From an uncultured Phycisphaerales bacterium (GTDB lineage: Bacteria > Planctomycetota > Phycisphaerae > Phycisphaerales > UBA1924): 64,000 nt of DNA. The notes beneath the pieces were generated by a model. The model was not told the DNA's origin. It worked only from the letters and a program-made list of their open reading frames with translations, and did no database searches. How positions within the stretch are numbered: position 1 is the first letter of the stretch; every line of letters starts with the position of its first letter. Shown piece after piece: positions 25,601 to 33,908 of this stretch. The DNA lies in NCBI GenBank assembly GCA_937997415.1, contig CALKVL010000017.1, forward strand, positions 44,504-108,503, read 5' to 3'. The translations under genes and the position numbers were made by a program.

Positions 25601-28600
25601 GAAGCGGAAGAGTGAACGCTGGACTGGGCCGCCCAGCGTCAAGGACAGGGAGTCCCTCGCCACGCTGACATCGCCGCGGGAAGCCCCGGTGATGGTGATG
25701 GCTCCGCTCTGGAGCAGCGAGATGCTCGCCTCGCCGCGGATGGTGGAGTTCGCGGCCCCGAAATCACCGTTGATGGCGAGCGTGCCGACGGAACGGGCGG
25801 AGAAGAAGCCGCCGCTGAGGCCGGCGATCGTGGCGGTCGTGATGTCCCCGCCGATGGCGATCGTGCCCGAGCCATCGATCTTCCCCGAAACGATTGAAGT
25901 GACGTTTCCGTCGATGGTGATGTCGCTGTCGCCGGTGACGGAGCCAACCAGGGTCAACACTCCGAGGGCCGCATCATCGGCACCGAAGATATCGAAGTTA
26001 TTGAGGATCCCGTTGGACGACGAGACGGTGAGGTTGCTTGTCGCCGTGGTGTTTCGGAGTTGAAGCGTGAGCGAGCCGGGGCTGAAGATCGCCGTGCCGG
26101 TGGTGAGCGTGATGGAGTAGGTCACGCCGCCGACCGTGAAGGTGCGAGCCCCTGTGAAGGACACCGCATCCGGAGGGGGCGTTGAGGAACCAAAGTCCAC
26201 ATCCGGGTTGGTGTTGGGGAGGTCTGTTCCGCCCCGGATGAGCCTGGCGTCGTTGGCGACCGCGGGCGAGAGGGTGTCGCCGAAGGCGCTGGTGTTCGTG
26301 ACCGTGCCGCCCAGCGTGAGCGCTGTAATGGTCGAGAAGCCGAAAGCGGAGCGATCGTCGGCGGTGTTGTAGATGCCGTCGGCACCCGGGTCGATTCCAG
26401 CGGAGAAGGAGGAGTCCCGCGTTCCGCCCGTGATGCTGATGGTGCCGATGCTGCCCGACCCGATGGTGTCGGCGTTGGAACCGGTGCCGCCGATGCGGTT
26501 GTCTGCTCCGAGGCCGCGTACTCCTGAGACAAAGGCCGTGTTCGACACCCGGCCTGTGACCGCGATGGAGGTGATGGAGTCTCCCGCGGCGAAGAAACTG
26601 CCGATGCCGGTGGTGAGATCGTCGTTGCTGACGGAACCGTTGACCGTGATGGCGGTGATCGCACGCTGGGCGTACACGGACGCCTCGAAGACTGAACCGT
26701 TGACCACCTCGAATCGGGCGAGGTTCCTGCCGGCGGTGATGCGCGGACCCTGAATCCCCGCACCCTGGGCAACGCCCGGCGGGAGCTGGTTCCGGTTGGC
26801 ATCGACGGCGACAGCGGCGGAGCGGGCGGGGTTGATGCCCACATCACCGAAGACGCTGCCCGGTGCGCTCGCCACGCGAAGCAGCGTGACGTCGAAATCG
26901 GCGTGGATATCGCCGTACAGATTGCCGTTGGTGATGACCACGCTGGCGAGCGACCCGTCGTACGACGCGATCATGTTGCCCGGGAGGAACGAGCCGTTGT
27001 TGATCGCGACGGAGGCGATGCCGCCGCTGTAACTGACGACGCTGCCGTTGAAATCGCCGTTGGAGATGACGGAGTTGATCCGACCGAAGGCGATCACCGA
27101 TCCGCGGCCGAGGAGGTTGGCATCGGGCTTGGCGCTGACGCCGCCGATGGTGACGACACCGGTGATGTTCCCGCCGACGCGGAGGTCGTTGAAGAGTTGA
27201 CCGGCCGGCGCTCCGGCGCTGGCGAGATCGCCTCGCACGAGGATGACTCCGGCCTCGCCCGCGCGACCGATGTTGCGTCCCGCGTTGAGGGCGGTGATGC
27301 CGCCGGAGAGATCGGTGCGGATGGCCAGATCCCGCGATGCGGAGAGGGTGCCGACGTTGCCCCGGCTGCCGGTGGTGGTGATGCTGCCGGACAGATCGCC
27401 CGCCGTCGCCGAGACCGTGGTGATCGGCCCGCTGGCGGCGATATCACCGCTGATGCCGCGGGCGGAGACGGTGATGATTGCGCCGTCGGGTCCGGTGACC
27501 TCGATGCGGCTGTTGATGATCTCGTTGGTGGCGGTGAAACTGGTGATGACGCCGGAGACCAGGAATGTCGAGGCCGTGATATTGCGGCCCGCGCGGGTGG
27601 TCGTCAGTTGGCCGGTGGTGATCGCGCTGGCTCGGATGTCGTTGGTGGCCGAGAGCAGGATCAGTTCGTTCACGACGCCGATGGTGCTGCGTGTGATGTT
27701 GGTGGCGGTGATGCCTGTGCGGACACGCCCTGTAACGTTGATGAGCAGGTCGCTCATGTCGCCGTTGGTGGCGGCGATGCGGCCCACATCGAGGGCGCAG
27801 ATGATCTCGCTGGGGCGGAGTTCATCGAGGCTGCCCGTGAGCGTGGAGTTGCGGAAGCCCGCGGCGAGGATGTCGCCCACCCGGCCCGTGGTTCGGAGGC
27901 GCGACGCGTCCCAGAAGCCGCCGGTGAGCGTGAAGTTACCGAAGTTGTTGGTCGAGATCTCGCTGTTGTAGAAGGTGGAGTTGTTGAGCGTGATGCCCGC
28001 GATGTCGCCGAGTTGGACGTTGTCGTCACCATAGAAGAAACTGGGCCAGAAACCGTCGAGGGTCTGGGTGCCGAAGTACGCGCCACGGACCTGGGCATTG
28101 GTGAAACTGATGGAGTTGATGCCGTCGGCGACGGTGAGGAGCGGCTCCGGGACCGAGTTGCTGGCGCTGATGGCGCCTTCGATCAGGATCGGGCCGGGGC
28201 GTGAACTGTTCACGCTGAGGAGGTTGTTGATGGCGAAGATGCCTCCCGAGGCGATGGGGTTGGGCCCGCGCGAAGCGATACCGTCACCCACATCGACGCC
28301 GGTGATATTAAAAGCGAAGATCGAACCGATGACGCCGTCGAAACCGCCTTGCGGGGTGATGCGGTCGCCGTTGGCTGTTGCCTGGGCGAGTTCCGCGGTC
28401 GCGCCTTGCAGGATGACGTCGCCAAGCGATCCTTCGGCACGAACGACCGCCACGTTGCCCGCTCGGATCACGACGCCGTTGAGATACGGCGAGAAGGGGG
28501 CGCCGATATCGTCGAGCGAAGCCTGGCCGCCCTGGAAGTTGTCGTCGTTGACCGCACGGATCAACTTCGAGGGGAGAAAATCATCGTCGAGCAGCGCGCC

Positions 28601-31600
28601 ACCGGGGATGCCGAGCGTCCCGCCGACCTCGCCGACGAGGCCGATGCTGTAGCCCATGAACGGCCCGATGAGGGTGGGGCCGTAGTCGGGCAGTTGGGAG
28701 CGACCGAGATTTCCACGCACGCTCAGGCGACCCAGGCCCGCGACATCCACGGCGATGATGTCGCCGTTGGGCGAGTTGTTCTCGATGAAGGCCAGGCCGC
28801 CGCCTTGCGTGTCCGCGCCGCCGAACTGGCCGCGGGTGACGCGCTCCTCGATGCGCCACACGTCGATCTCGGAAGAGCCGCCGATGGCGATGCTTGACGC
28901 CCCGTCGCCGGTCACCAGGATGTGGCCGATACCGATGGCGGCGGTGGGGGAGGTCGTGACGCTGGTGATGCTCAGCGTGCGGCCGCCGACGAGGTTGGCG
29001 ATAATCTGACCGATCACCACGCCCTGCGACCCGTTCACCGGGAGGGCACGGACAAGGCCGACCTGCTGGTTGGGCGGAGCGTTGGCGACACTGATCTGCA
29101 CACGGGCGCCTCCGTCATCGATCAGATTCAGCGTCTGGCCGCCGATGAGCGGGTACGTGATGTCCGCGGAGCCTGTCAACGAGAGCAGCGGCAGGTCGGC
29201 GAAACGGATGTCCGAACCCGAGCCGGTGTTCAGACGGATGCCCTGTGCCCCGAGGTAGACACCGGATCGCGGGTTGGCATCGTCGTAGGCGTCCTGGCTG
29301 ACCAGGATGGCGCCGATGCGTGAGTTGGGGCTGGTGGTGACAGTGAACGAATCGCCCGCGACGTGGAACCCGACTCGGATCATGCCGATGTCGCCCGGCC
29401 CGCCGCCGAGACCCGTGAACACGTTGAACGAGTTGACGCTCAGCAGAGCGCGGGGGTCTGGTTCGTCCTGGTCCATTCCAACGCCGCCGCGGATATCGAG
29501 AAGACCGATACGGCCGTTGACGTTCAGGTCGAGGAAGTTGACATCGCCCTCGCTGGGTCGGTCGCCGCCGGGGACGGCGGACATTCCTGTATACAGCGAA
29601 CCGAGATCTCCGCCGATGGTGACGTTGATCCGCGGGTTGCCCGTGACGGCGTTTGGTCCGATGTCGGAGCCGGTGATGATGTTGAAGAGGCTTCCGGCGA
29701 CGCTCACGCTGCCGCCCTGCCAACTCATCGCGTCGTCGTCGCTGAGAACGGTGTTCGAGAGTTCAACCGGGGACGTTTCCGCTCCGCCGCCGTTCATGAA
29801 GCCGGTGCCGATGCGCAGCGAGCCGACATTGCCCGAGAGGACCGAGATGCTGCTGCCTTCGCCGCTGGCCTGGTCGGTGAAGCCGTTGCCGCCCGCGGTG
29901 CGGAAGGCTCCCAGCGTCGCGGGGGCCATGCCGGTGATGGTTACCGAGTACGGGAGAACTCCCGAACCGGTATCGTTGCTGTTGGGGTCGGTGATAACCA
30001 GGTAATAGACGCCGGGTGCATCGGCCTTCCAGGTGAGGTTGGTCGCGACGAACCGACCCTCGCGGAACTGGCTCGGGGGCGCTGCGAGCGTTCGGCCGTC
30101 CTGGTCCATGATGCGGAAGTAGGGAGAGAGTGTGGCACTGCTGATCGTGGCCTGGATGTTGATCGTCGCGCCTTTGTCGGCGGCGAAGGCGAAGACGTCC
30201 GCGGCGTCTTCGCCCAGGAAAGGATCTCGCCCGGAGATGTCGCCCACGATGCGTGCGGCCGTGCCCGCGTTGCCGATGAACTCGGCGGCGAGGATGGAGT
30301 CGTTGCGGAGGAAACTGGAGCCCAGAACGATGGATTGCTGCCCTGCCCGCAGGAGCGAAGTGGACGCCGTGTAGTTGTCCGGCGTGTTGAGCATGAGTTG
30401 GCGGACAGCCTCGGCGCGGGTGGTGCCCGGGTCCACGCCGATATACGCCTCGAGTTCGTTGTAGGTGTAAATGTCTCGGGAGGGACGGTTTTGCGGATCG
30501 AAGGTATCGCCGACGATGGTCACATCGAGTTGGCTGCGGGCGCCGATAAGGATCTGCCCGGCGGTCCTGCCGACGATCACCTGTCCGTTGGTCTTGTTGT
30601 TGGGATCGACCGTGCGGCCGTCGGAAAAGCGGAAATCGGTGTCGGGGGACCAGATGCCCGCATCGCCTCCGACCACCAATGAGCCCAGGTCGCCGTCAAC
30701 CGTGATGGAGCCCATGAGCACGCCGATGGCGATCTTGTCCACGAACCCGGAGAAGTACGATGATCCGTGGACCAGTCCGTGGATGGTGATGCTGCCCATC
30801 GAACTGCCGTCTTCCAGGAAGATGCCCTGGTTCGGACGGTTGAACCCAGTGGTGACGTAATCAATGACGTCGAACGGGTTGGGTGTCGAGAGGTCGGGCA
30901 TGAGGCCGCCCGGGTTGGCCCCTCCCTGGGTCACGTTGTTGCGGATGAAAGGTGACCCGATGATGATCGAGGCCGGCCCGGGCGGGAGGCCCGCGAAGTC
31001 GAACTGATCCTGCTGCAGGTCCACGGCGTAGGCGAACCCCACATCTTCCATCTCGTCGAGAAGGCCGATCGGATTGGCCTCGAGCGTGAAGACATATGGC
31101 GCCTGGTACTCGATGCGAGGGATGAGCGTGAAGGGATCGAAGCCGTCCGGCGCCGTGGTGCTCGTGGTGATCTTGCCGCCCCACATCTGGAAGGATGTGC
31201 GCGAGTCCGTTCCGCTGAATCGGATGGAGCCGATGCCGTCGTTGTAATCGGGGATGCCATCCGCGTTGATGTCGCCGGGGTTGAACTCGGTGCCGGGCGG
31301 CGGGATCGTCGCCAGGGTTTGGCGCATGTCGCGGCCGTAGAGGTCGCGGAAGTTGACCGTTGCACCGACGGGACCCGTCAGGACCGCGATGAAACCGTAC
31401 TGCCCCAGGTCGTTGAGGAGGGCGGCATAGTCCGAGGAAGGAAGTGTGAAGGAGACATCATCGATTCGGAAAGCCGGGTTGATCCCCGACCCGGCATTGA
31501 CGGCCTGGGTCAGTTCCAGACGGAGCGTGTCGAACCCTCCGACGTTCGCGGGAAGCGTCAGCGTGCCGGTGCCCAGGTTGGCGTTGCCGCCGGCGAAGAG

Positions 31601-32251
31601 CGCCCGCAGGGCCGCGCCGGTGAAGGACTGCGTCACGACGTTGTTGTAGAGAAGTGAAAGACGCGTCTGGTCCGTCAGGATGCCGGTGTTGTCGGTGCCG
31701 CCGTCGGCGGTGACAAGGAACGAAGCACCGATCGCCGCGAGTTGGAACTGCGGGTTGGCCCCGTCATCCCAGAAACGGAACTGCACAAACTCGGTTCGTT
31801 CATCGAGCGAGACGCGGAGATAACGCTGCTGGTTGTCCTGTACCTGGGGCTGGGCCGTGATGCGGATATCCCCGGCGGGGTTGATGTTGTGCTGAATTTG
31901 GAGCCCAGATTCGGGGGCGATACCTCCGCTGCCCACGATGCCGTAGCCCAACTGGTCGAAGCTCTCGGTCTTGGAAGTGGGATCGGTGGGGGTGATGTCG
32001 ACGTTGCTGGCGATGTACGGCAGGTAGTACCCGGCGTACCCGACGACGGTGCCCAGGCCGGTGTTCGGATCGACGTTGTCGGCGGTGACGGTCAGCGAGA
32101 AGAGCATCTGCCGGCGTTCGAGCTGCTCGATGTTCGGGCGCTCCGTTGAACCGGCGAGCATCGCCAGTCGAGACGGGCCATCTCCACCCTCTCCGCACAG
32201 GCGCTGACGCTGACGGACGTATGGGCGGTTCACCTTCTTCTTGCGATGCAT
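22697..32251 (-). CDS. Giant secreted/surface repeat protein (about 3184 aa): basic N-terminus + LExRxLLS-type motif, PPC-like domains, long beta-helix-like repeat region
   Basis: ATG at 32251 is preceded by AGGAG (5-nt spacer). N-terminus: MHRKKKVNRPYVRQRQR...IEQLERRQMLFS. The Gly/Thr/Ser/Asn/Asp-rich repeats contain almost no Cys. All overlapping plus-strand ORFs are antisense artefacts. Confidence 0.85.
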   Translation of the reverse strand: MHRKKKVNRPYVRQRQRLCGEGGDGPSRLAMLAGSTERPNIEQLERRQMLFSLTVTADNVDPNTGLGTVVGYAGYYLPYIASNVDITPTDPTSKTESFDQLGYGIVGSGGIAPESGLQIQHNINPAGDIRITAQPQVQDNQQRYLRVSLDERTEFVQFRFWDDGANPQFQLAAIGASFLVTADGGTDNTGILTDQTRLSLLYNNVVTQSFTGAALRALFAGGNANLGTGTLTLPANVGGFDTLRLELTQAVNAGSGINPAFRIDDVSFTLPSSDYAALLNDLGQYGFIAVLTGPVGATVNFRDLYGRDMRQTLATIPPPGTEFNPGDINADGIPDYNDGIGSIRFSGTDSRTSFQMWGGKITTSTTAPDGFDPFTLIPRIEYQAPYVFTLEANPIGLLDEMEDVGFAYAVDLQQDQFDFAGLPPGPASIIIGSPFIRNNVTQGGANPGGLMPDLSTPNPFDVIDYVTTGFNRPNQGIFLEDGSSMGSITIHGLVHGSSYFSGFVDKIAIGVLMGSITVDGDLGSLVVGGDAGIWSPDTDFRFSDGRTVDPNNKTNGQVIVGRTAGQILIGARSQLDVTIVGDTFDPQNRPSRDIYTYNELEAYIGVDPGTTRAEAVRQLMLNTPDNYTASTSLLRAGQQSIVLGSSFLRNDSILAAEFIGNAGTAARIVGDISGRDPFLGEDAADVFAFAADKGATINIQATISSATLSPYFRIMDQDGRTLAAPPSQFREGRFVATNLTWKADAPGVYYLVITDPNSNDTGSGVLPYSVTITGMAPATLGAFRTAGGNGFTDQASGEGSSISVLSGNVGSLRIGTGFMNGGGAETSPVELSNTVLSDDDAMSWQGGSVSVAGSLFNIITGSDIGPNAVTGNPRINVTIGGDLGSLYTGMSAVPGGDRPSEGDVNFLDLNVNGRIGLLDIRGGVGMDQDEPDPRALLSVNSFNVFTGLGGGPGDIGMIRVGFHVAGDSFTVTTSPNSRIGAILVSQDAYDDANPRSGVYLGAQGIRLNTGSGSDIRFADLPLLSLTGSADITYPLIGGQTLNLIDDGGARVQISVANAPPNQQVGLVRALPVNGSQGVVIGQIIANLVGGRTLSITSVTTSPTAAIGIGHILVTGDGASSIAIGGSSEIDVWRIEERVTRGQFGGADTQGGGLAFIENNSPNGDIIAVDVAGLGRLSVRGNLGRSQLPDYGPTLIGPFMGYSIGLVGEVGGTLGIPGGALLDDDFLPSKLIRAVNDDNFQGGQASLDDIGAPFSPYLNGVVIRAGNVAVVRAEGSLGDVILQGATAELAQATANGDRITPQGGFDGVIGSIFAFNITGVDVGDGIASRGPNPIASGGIFAINNLLSVNSSRPGPILIEGAISASNSVPEPLLTVADGINSISFTNAQVRGAYFGTQTLDGFWPSFFYGDDNVQLGDIAGITLNNSTFYNSEISTNNFGNFTLTGGFWDASRLRTTGRVGDILAAGFRNSTLTGSLDELRPSEIICALDVGRIAATNGDMSDLLINVTGRVRTGITATNITRSTIGVVNELILLSATNDIRASAITTGQLTTTRAGRNITASTFLVSGVITSFTATNEIINSRIEVTGPDGAIITVSARGISGDIAASGPITTVSATAGDLSGSITTTGSRGNVGTLSASRDLAIRTDLSGGITALNAGRNIGRAGEAGVILVRGDLASAGAPAGQLFNDLRVGGNITGVVTIGGVSAKPDANLLGRGSVIAFGRINSVISNGDFNGSVVSYSGGIASVAINNGSFLPGNMIASYDGSLASVVITNGNLYGDIHADFDVTLLRVASAPGSVFGDVGINPARSAAVAVDANRNQLPPGVAQGAGIQGPRITAGRNLARFEVVNGSVFEASVYAQRAITAITVNGSVSNDDLTTGIGSFFAAGDSITSIAVTGRVSNTAFVSGVRGLGADNRIGGTGSNADTIGSGSIGTISITGGTRDSSFSAGIDPGADGIYNTADDRSAFGFSTITALTLGGTVTNTSAFGDTLSPAVANDARLIRGGTDLPNTNPDVDFGSSTPPPDAVSFTGARTFTVGGVTYSITLTTGTAIFSPGSLTLQLRNTTATSNLTVSSSNGILNNFDIFGADDAALGVLTLVGSVTGDSDITIDGNVTSIVSGKIDGSGTIAIGGDITTATIAGLSGGFFSARSVGTLAINGDFGAANSTIRGEASISLLQSGAITITGASRGDVSVARDSLSLTLGGPVQRSLFRFGNSVGAITAPAVSQTIFSAGDSIGNVTINGDFFDSALVSGMDLGTDAFFGGTGSAADTLSSGTIGNVTVSGNFRESDITAGYARGNDGFFGTNDDNVAAGLGSIGAVTINGTGVGSTRSTENYRIASNGIIGPVRIGGSTFTGSQGNFAVEAPRLAPISAQVSDIRLSVDARVFTANLVFNQPIDFSTISPSLSVSEVRGNGNITIRLIQGVDYTLSYDATNNTVKVVFSKSVTERNLPIAPALPGPGIYRFEIDESIFKAKLVGIGIDGDGDGFSEPGDNFSGDGIVGDAGDKINPTINFVNTNGAPLRVDMYGATNLNFVMDRNATANNLPDPNIPYTVRGFIGDHPDNDNNFFRFAGDADVYAVTLQAGQILQLSGLRGTAINAGLTVFTATGGQFGQFADNAVAVSVPAAAGTATDQTFAQSYLIQATGTYYIVVGNTSGVFSPTTTPNPDTFPNTLGDYNFTITLFDDGDSGFNSATDSGDGQLVANAPDPISFAGADGVLGTSDDISTLIIGDYTFVFDRASGIVSGTNASNISTIRDASGKVTSTVNAAIGPRGSAGVPNALVTGDVDVFHLNNRQPIAAGTRMKITVKLADFGADLGSASPTDFQDNRGVVQFALFDTTGGTLIDDASLVFSPTDFLPYAGTPNKVIADNGETRYGFDAQGDFYIDFIVPERAGSPGANGTFAVMLQGAFNTDYQLEVITAGTGTITRRTQNVLIETNGGSVDWLQAGGFTTNIQSFDLRALGFTGGSVNGLPVNDYVLTNLVNQLNALFQGSVAGSGFDVRFSTNPADFEFEPFSTVYLSTTTDPLLPLFDAFGNAFNFNFLQTGFFNTQPFGFSQRSDPFNTDLEDDAVVFLPSFAVKGIVPDVAGLDTIAQALTGAVSRRVGELMGLRITADNGAATLFDPFAADSVNNQPGSDRSYTILNTSRTLSGSFDSITRSNFFLGRQNAVSLLDRVLNRR

Positions 32252-32660
32252 ATCTGCTCCTGAGCACCCAACGGACTGTCCCCCCGGACATCCTTCTTGA
32301 ATATCAACTTCACTCACGACCGCGCGGCCGTCCTATGGCAGCACCGATCGCCGTCGCCAACTGACTGAACGACGAGGGCGCAACGTCCCCTCGTCATACA
32401 CCGAACAATATGTAGCCGTACGCAGGGTCACTTCATCAGTTTCATGGTACCAGCCTCAACCGGCCCCGAATGTAGGACCGTACTCGTACAGGGACCAAAT
32501 ACGGGTTCTGCTGCCAATAAACCAGATCAAAGCCCAGTTGGTGCGTTGTTTTGGTGCCCGTCTGGTATTGCCTGTCTCTGTTCAACTCGGCAGTACTCAT
32601 ATCCTTTTCTACAGGCTGATCTGCTGATGAGATGTAAGTCTCTCTCTACTGTTCTATCTT

Positions 32661-33824
32661 TCAGAGGATCCGCTTCGAACGCGGGTAACTCCCGATCACC
32701 GCCAGTTCGCGGCAGTGTGCCTTCGCATCGTCTAAAGCCCTGATCATGGGCTGGTCGTTTCGATGTCCGAGGCAATCGATGAAGAACGTGTAGGTCCAGT
32801 TTCGCCGTCCGCTTGGTCGCTTCTCGATATGAGTCAAGTTGATGTTCGATCGCTGGAACGCGAGCAAGACCTCGACCAGTGCGCCGGGTTTGTCGGCGGT
32901 CGTGAACATGACTGTTGTCTTGTCGTCTCCCGTCCGTTCGGTTTTCTGTCGGGAGATGACAAAGAAACGCGTGATGTTCCCCGGATTGTCCTCGATGCCT
33001 ACAAGTAGAGGGTTCAGGCCATAGATTTGCCCGGCGAGTTCGGACCCGATTGCTGCGCTGTGCGGTGTGCGGCCTTCGGCCAAATCTGCTCGGGCCTCTT
33101 CGGCAACGATCTCGGCTGCTTTGCTGCTGCTTGGGGTGGGGATGCGCTCTGCCTTGGGGTACTGCCGGGCGAGCCAGATTCGGCATTGGTCGAATACCTC
33201 AGGTTTCGAGTAGATGCGTTTCACCTGGCTGGGAGCGCAGTTGGCGAGCAGGCAATGGCGGACATCGATCTGCACCTCGGCGCAGACTACGACTTCGCCC
33301 TTGCCCCCCTGATCGCGGAAAGCATCGAGGGTTTCGACGATTCCGCCTCCGGTGGAGTTCTCGATCGGGACCAGTCCGTAGTGCACATGCCCGCGCTGGA
33401 CTTCGGTGAAGACCCCGGCGATATCGTGCAGGTCCTCGTGTTCCACGCTGCTGCCGAACTGTCGTAGGGCCGCGAGGTGCGAATAGGACCCTGCTGGGCC
33501 GAGGTATCCGATCCTCAGAGGCTGCTGCAGCGAGAAACTCCCGGACATCAGTTCGCGGTAGATCGCCTCGAGGGTTCGATCGGGGAGCGGGCCGTTGTTG
33601 GCCTTCAGCGCGCGTTCCAGCACCTCGGCCTCACGGTGCGGGGTGTAGATCGGCAGACCGGCCGCGCGCTTCTGCTCTCCGACTTTCACCACCAGCGATG
33701 AACGCTCGTTCAGAAGTGTGACCAGCGCCCGATCGAGATCGTTGATGCGCTGGCGGATGGAGGCGAGGTTAATGGCCGCGCTTGGCTTGGATCGTCGGGT
33801 CGTTTTCGCGGGCTTCTTCGGCAT
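32661..33824 (-). CDS. pheA: Bifunctional chorismate mutase / prephenate dehydratase (P-protein)
   Basis: IRQRINDLDRALVTLLNERSSLV (chorismate mutase), IGYLGPAGSYSH and GLVPIENSTGG (prephenate dehydratase), HIEKRPSG (ACT region). ATG 33824 was chosen. A GTG at 33875 is the alternative. Confidence 0.9.
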   Translation of the reverse strand: MPKKPAKTTRRSKPSAAINLASIRQRINDLDRALVTLLNERSSLVVKVGEQKRAAGLPIYTPHREAEVLERALKANNGPLPDRTLEAIYRELMSGSFSLQQPLRIGYLGPAGSYSHLAALRQFGSSVEHEDLHDIAGVFTEVQRGHVHYGLVPIENSTGGGIVETLDAFRDQGGKGEVVVCAEVQIDVRHCLLANCAPSQVKRIYSKPEVFDQCRIWLARQYPKAERIPTPSSSKAAEIVAEEARADLAEGRTPHSAAIGSELAGQIYGLNPLLVGIEDNPGNITRFFVISRQKTERTGDDKTTVMFTTADKPGALVEVLLAFQRSNINLTHIEKRPSGRRNWTYTFFIDCLGHRNDQPMIRALDDAKAHCRELAVIGSYPRSKRIL

Positions 33825-33908
33825 GGACCAACGGTACCCGCGCTGCGCGGCATTTTCGGAGAGGCGGCGCAGCACGACTTCCGGGTTTGGAGCATCGATA
33901 GGGGATGT

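Noticed and set aside
25000-29000. Repetitive DNA inside the giant gene as a possible CRISPR array or tandem-repeat locus
   Set aside because: The repeats are degenerate and visible only at the protein level. There are no identical direct repeats with unique spacers, and the region is an intact coding frame.
22842-32149. Numerous plus-strand ORFs of 60-440 aa (e.g. 26903..28204, 29363..30682, 23953..24969 minus-frame variants) inside the giant gene
   Set aside because: All overlap a single uninterrupted 9.6-kb minus-strand frame that has an SD, a terminator and a coherent repeat architecture. Their translations are low-complexity Arg/Pro/Ala/Val strings.
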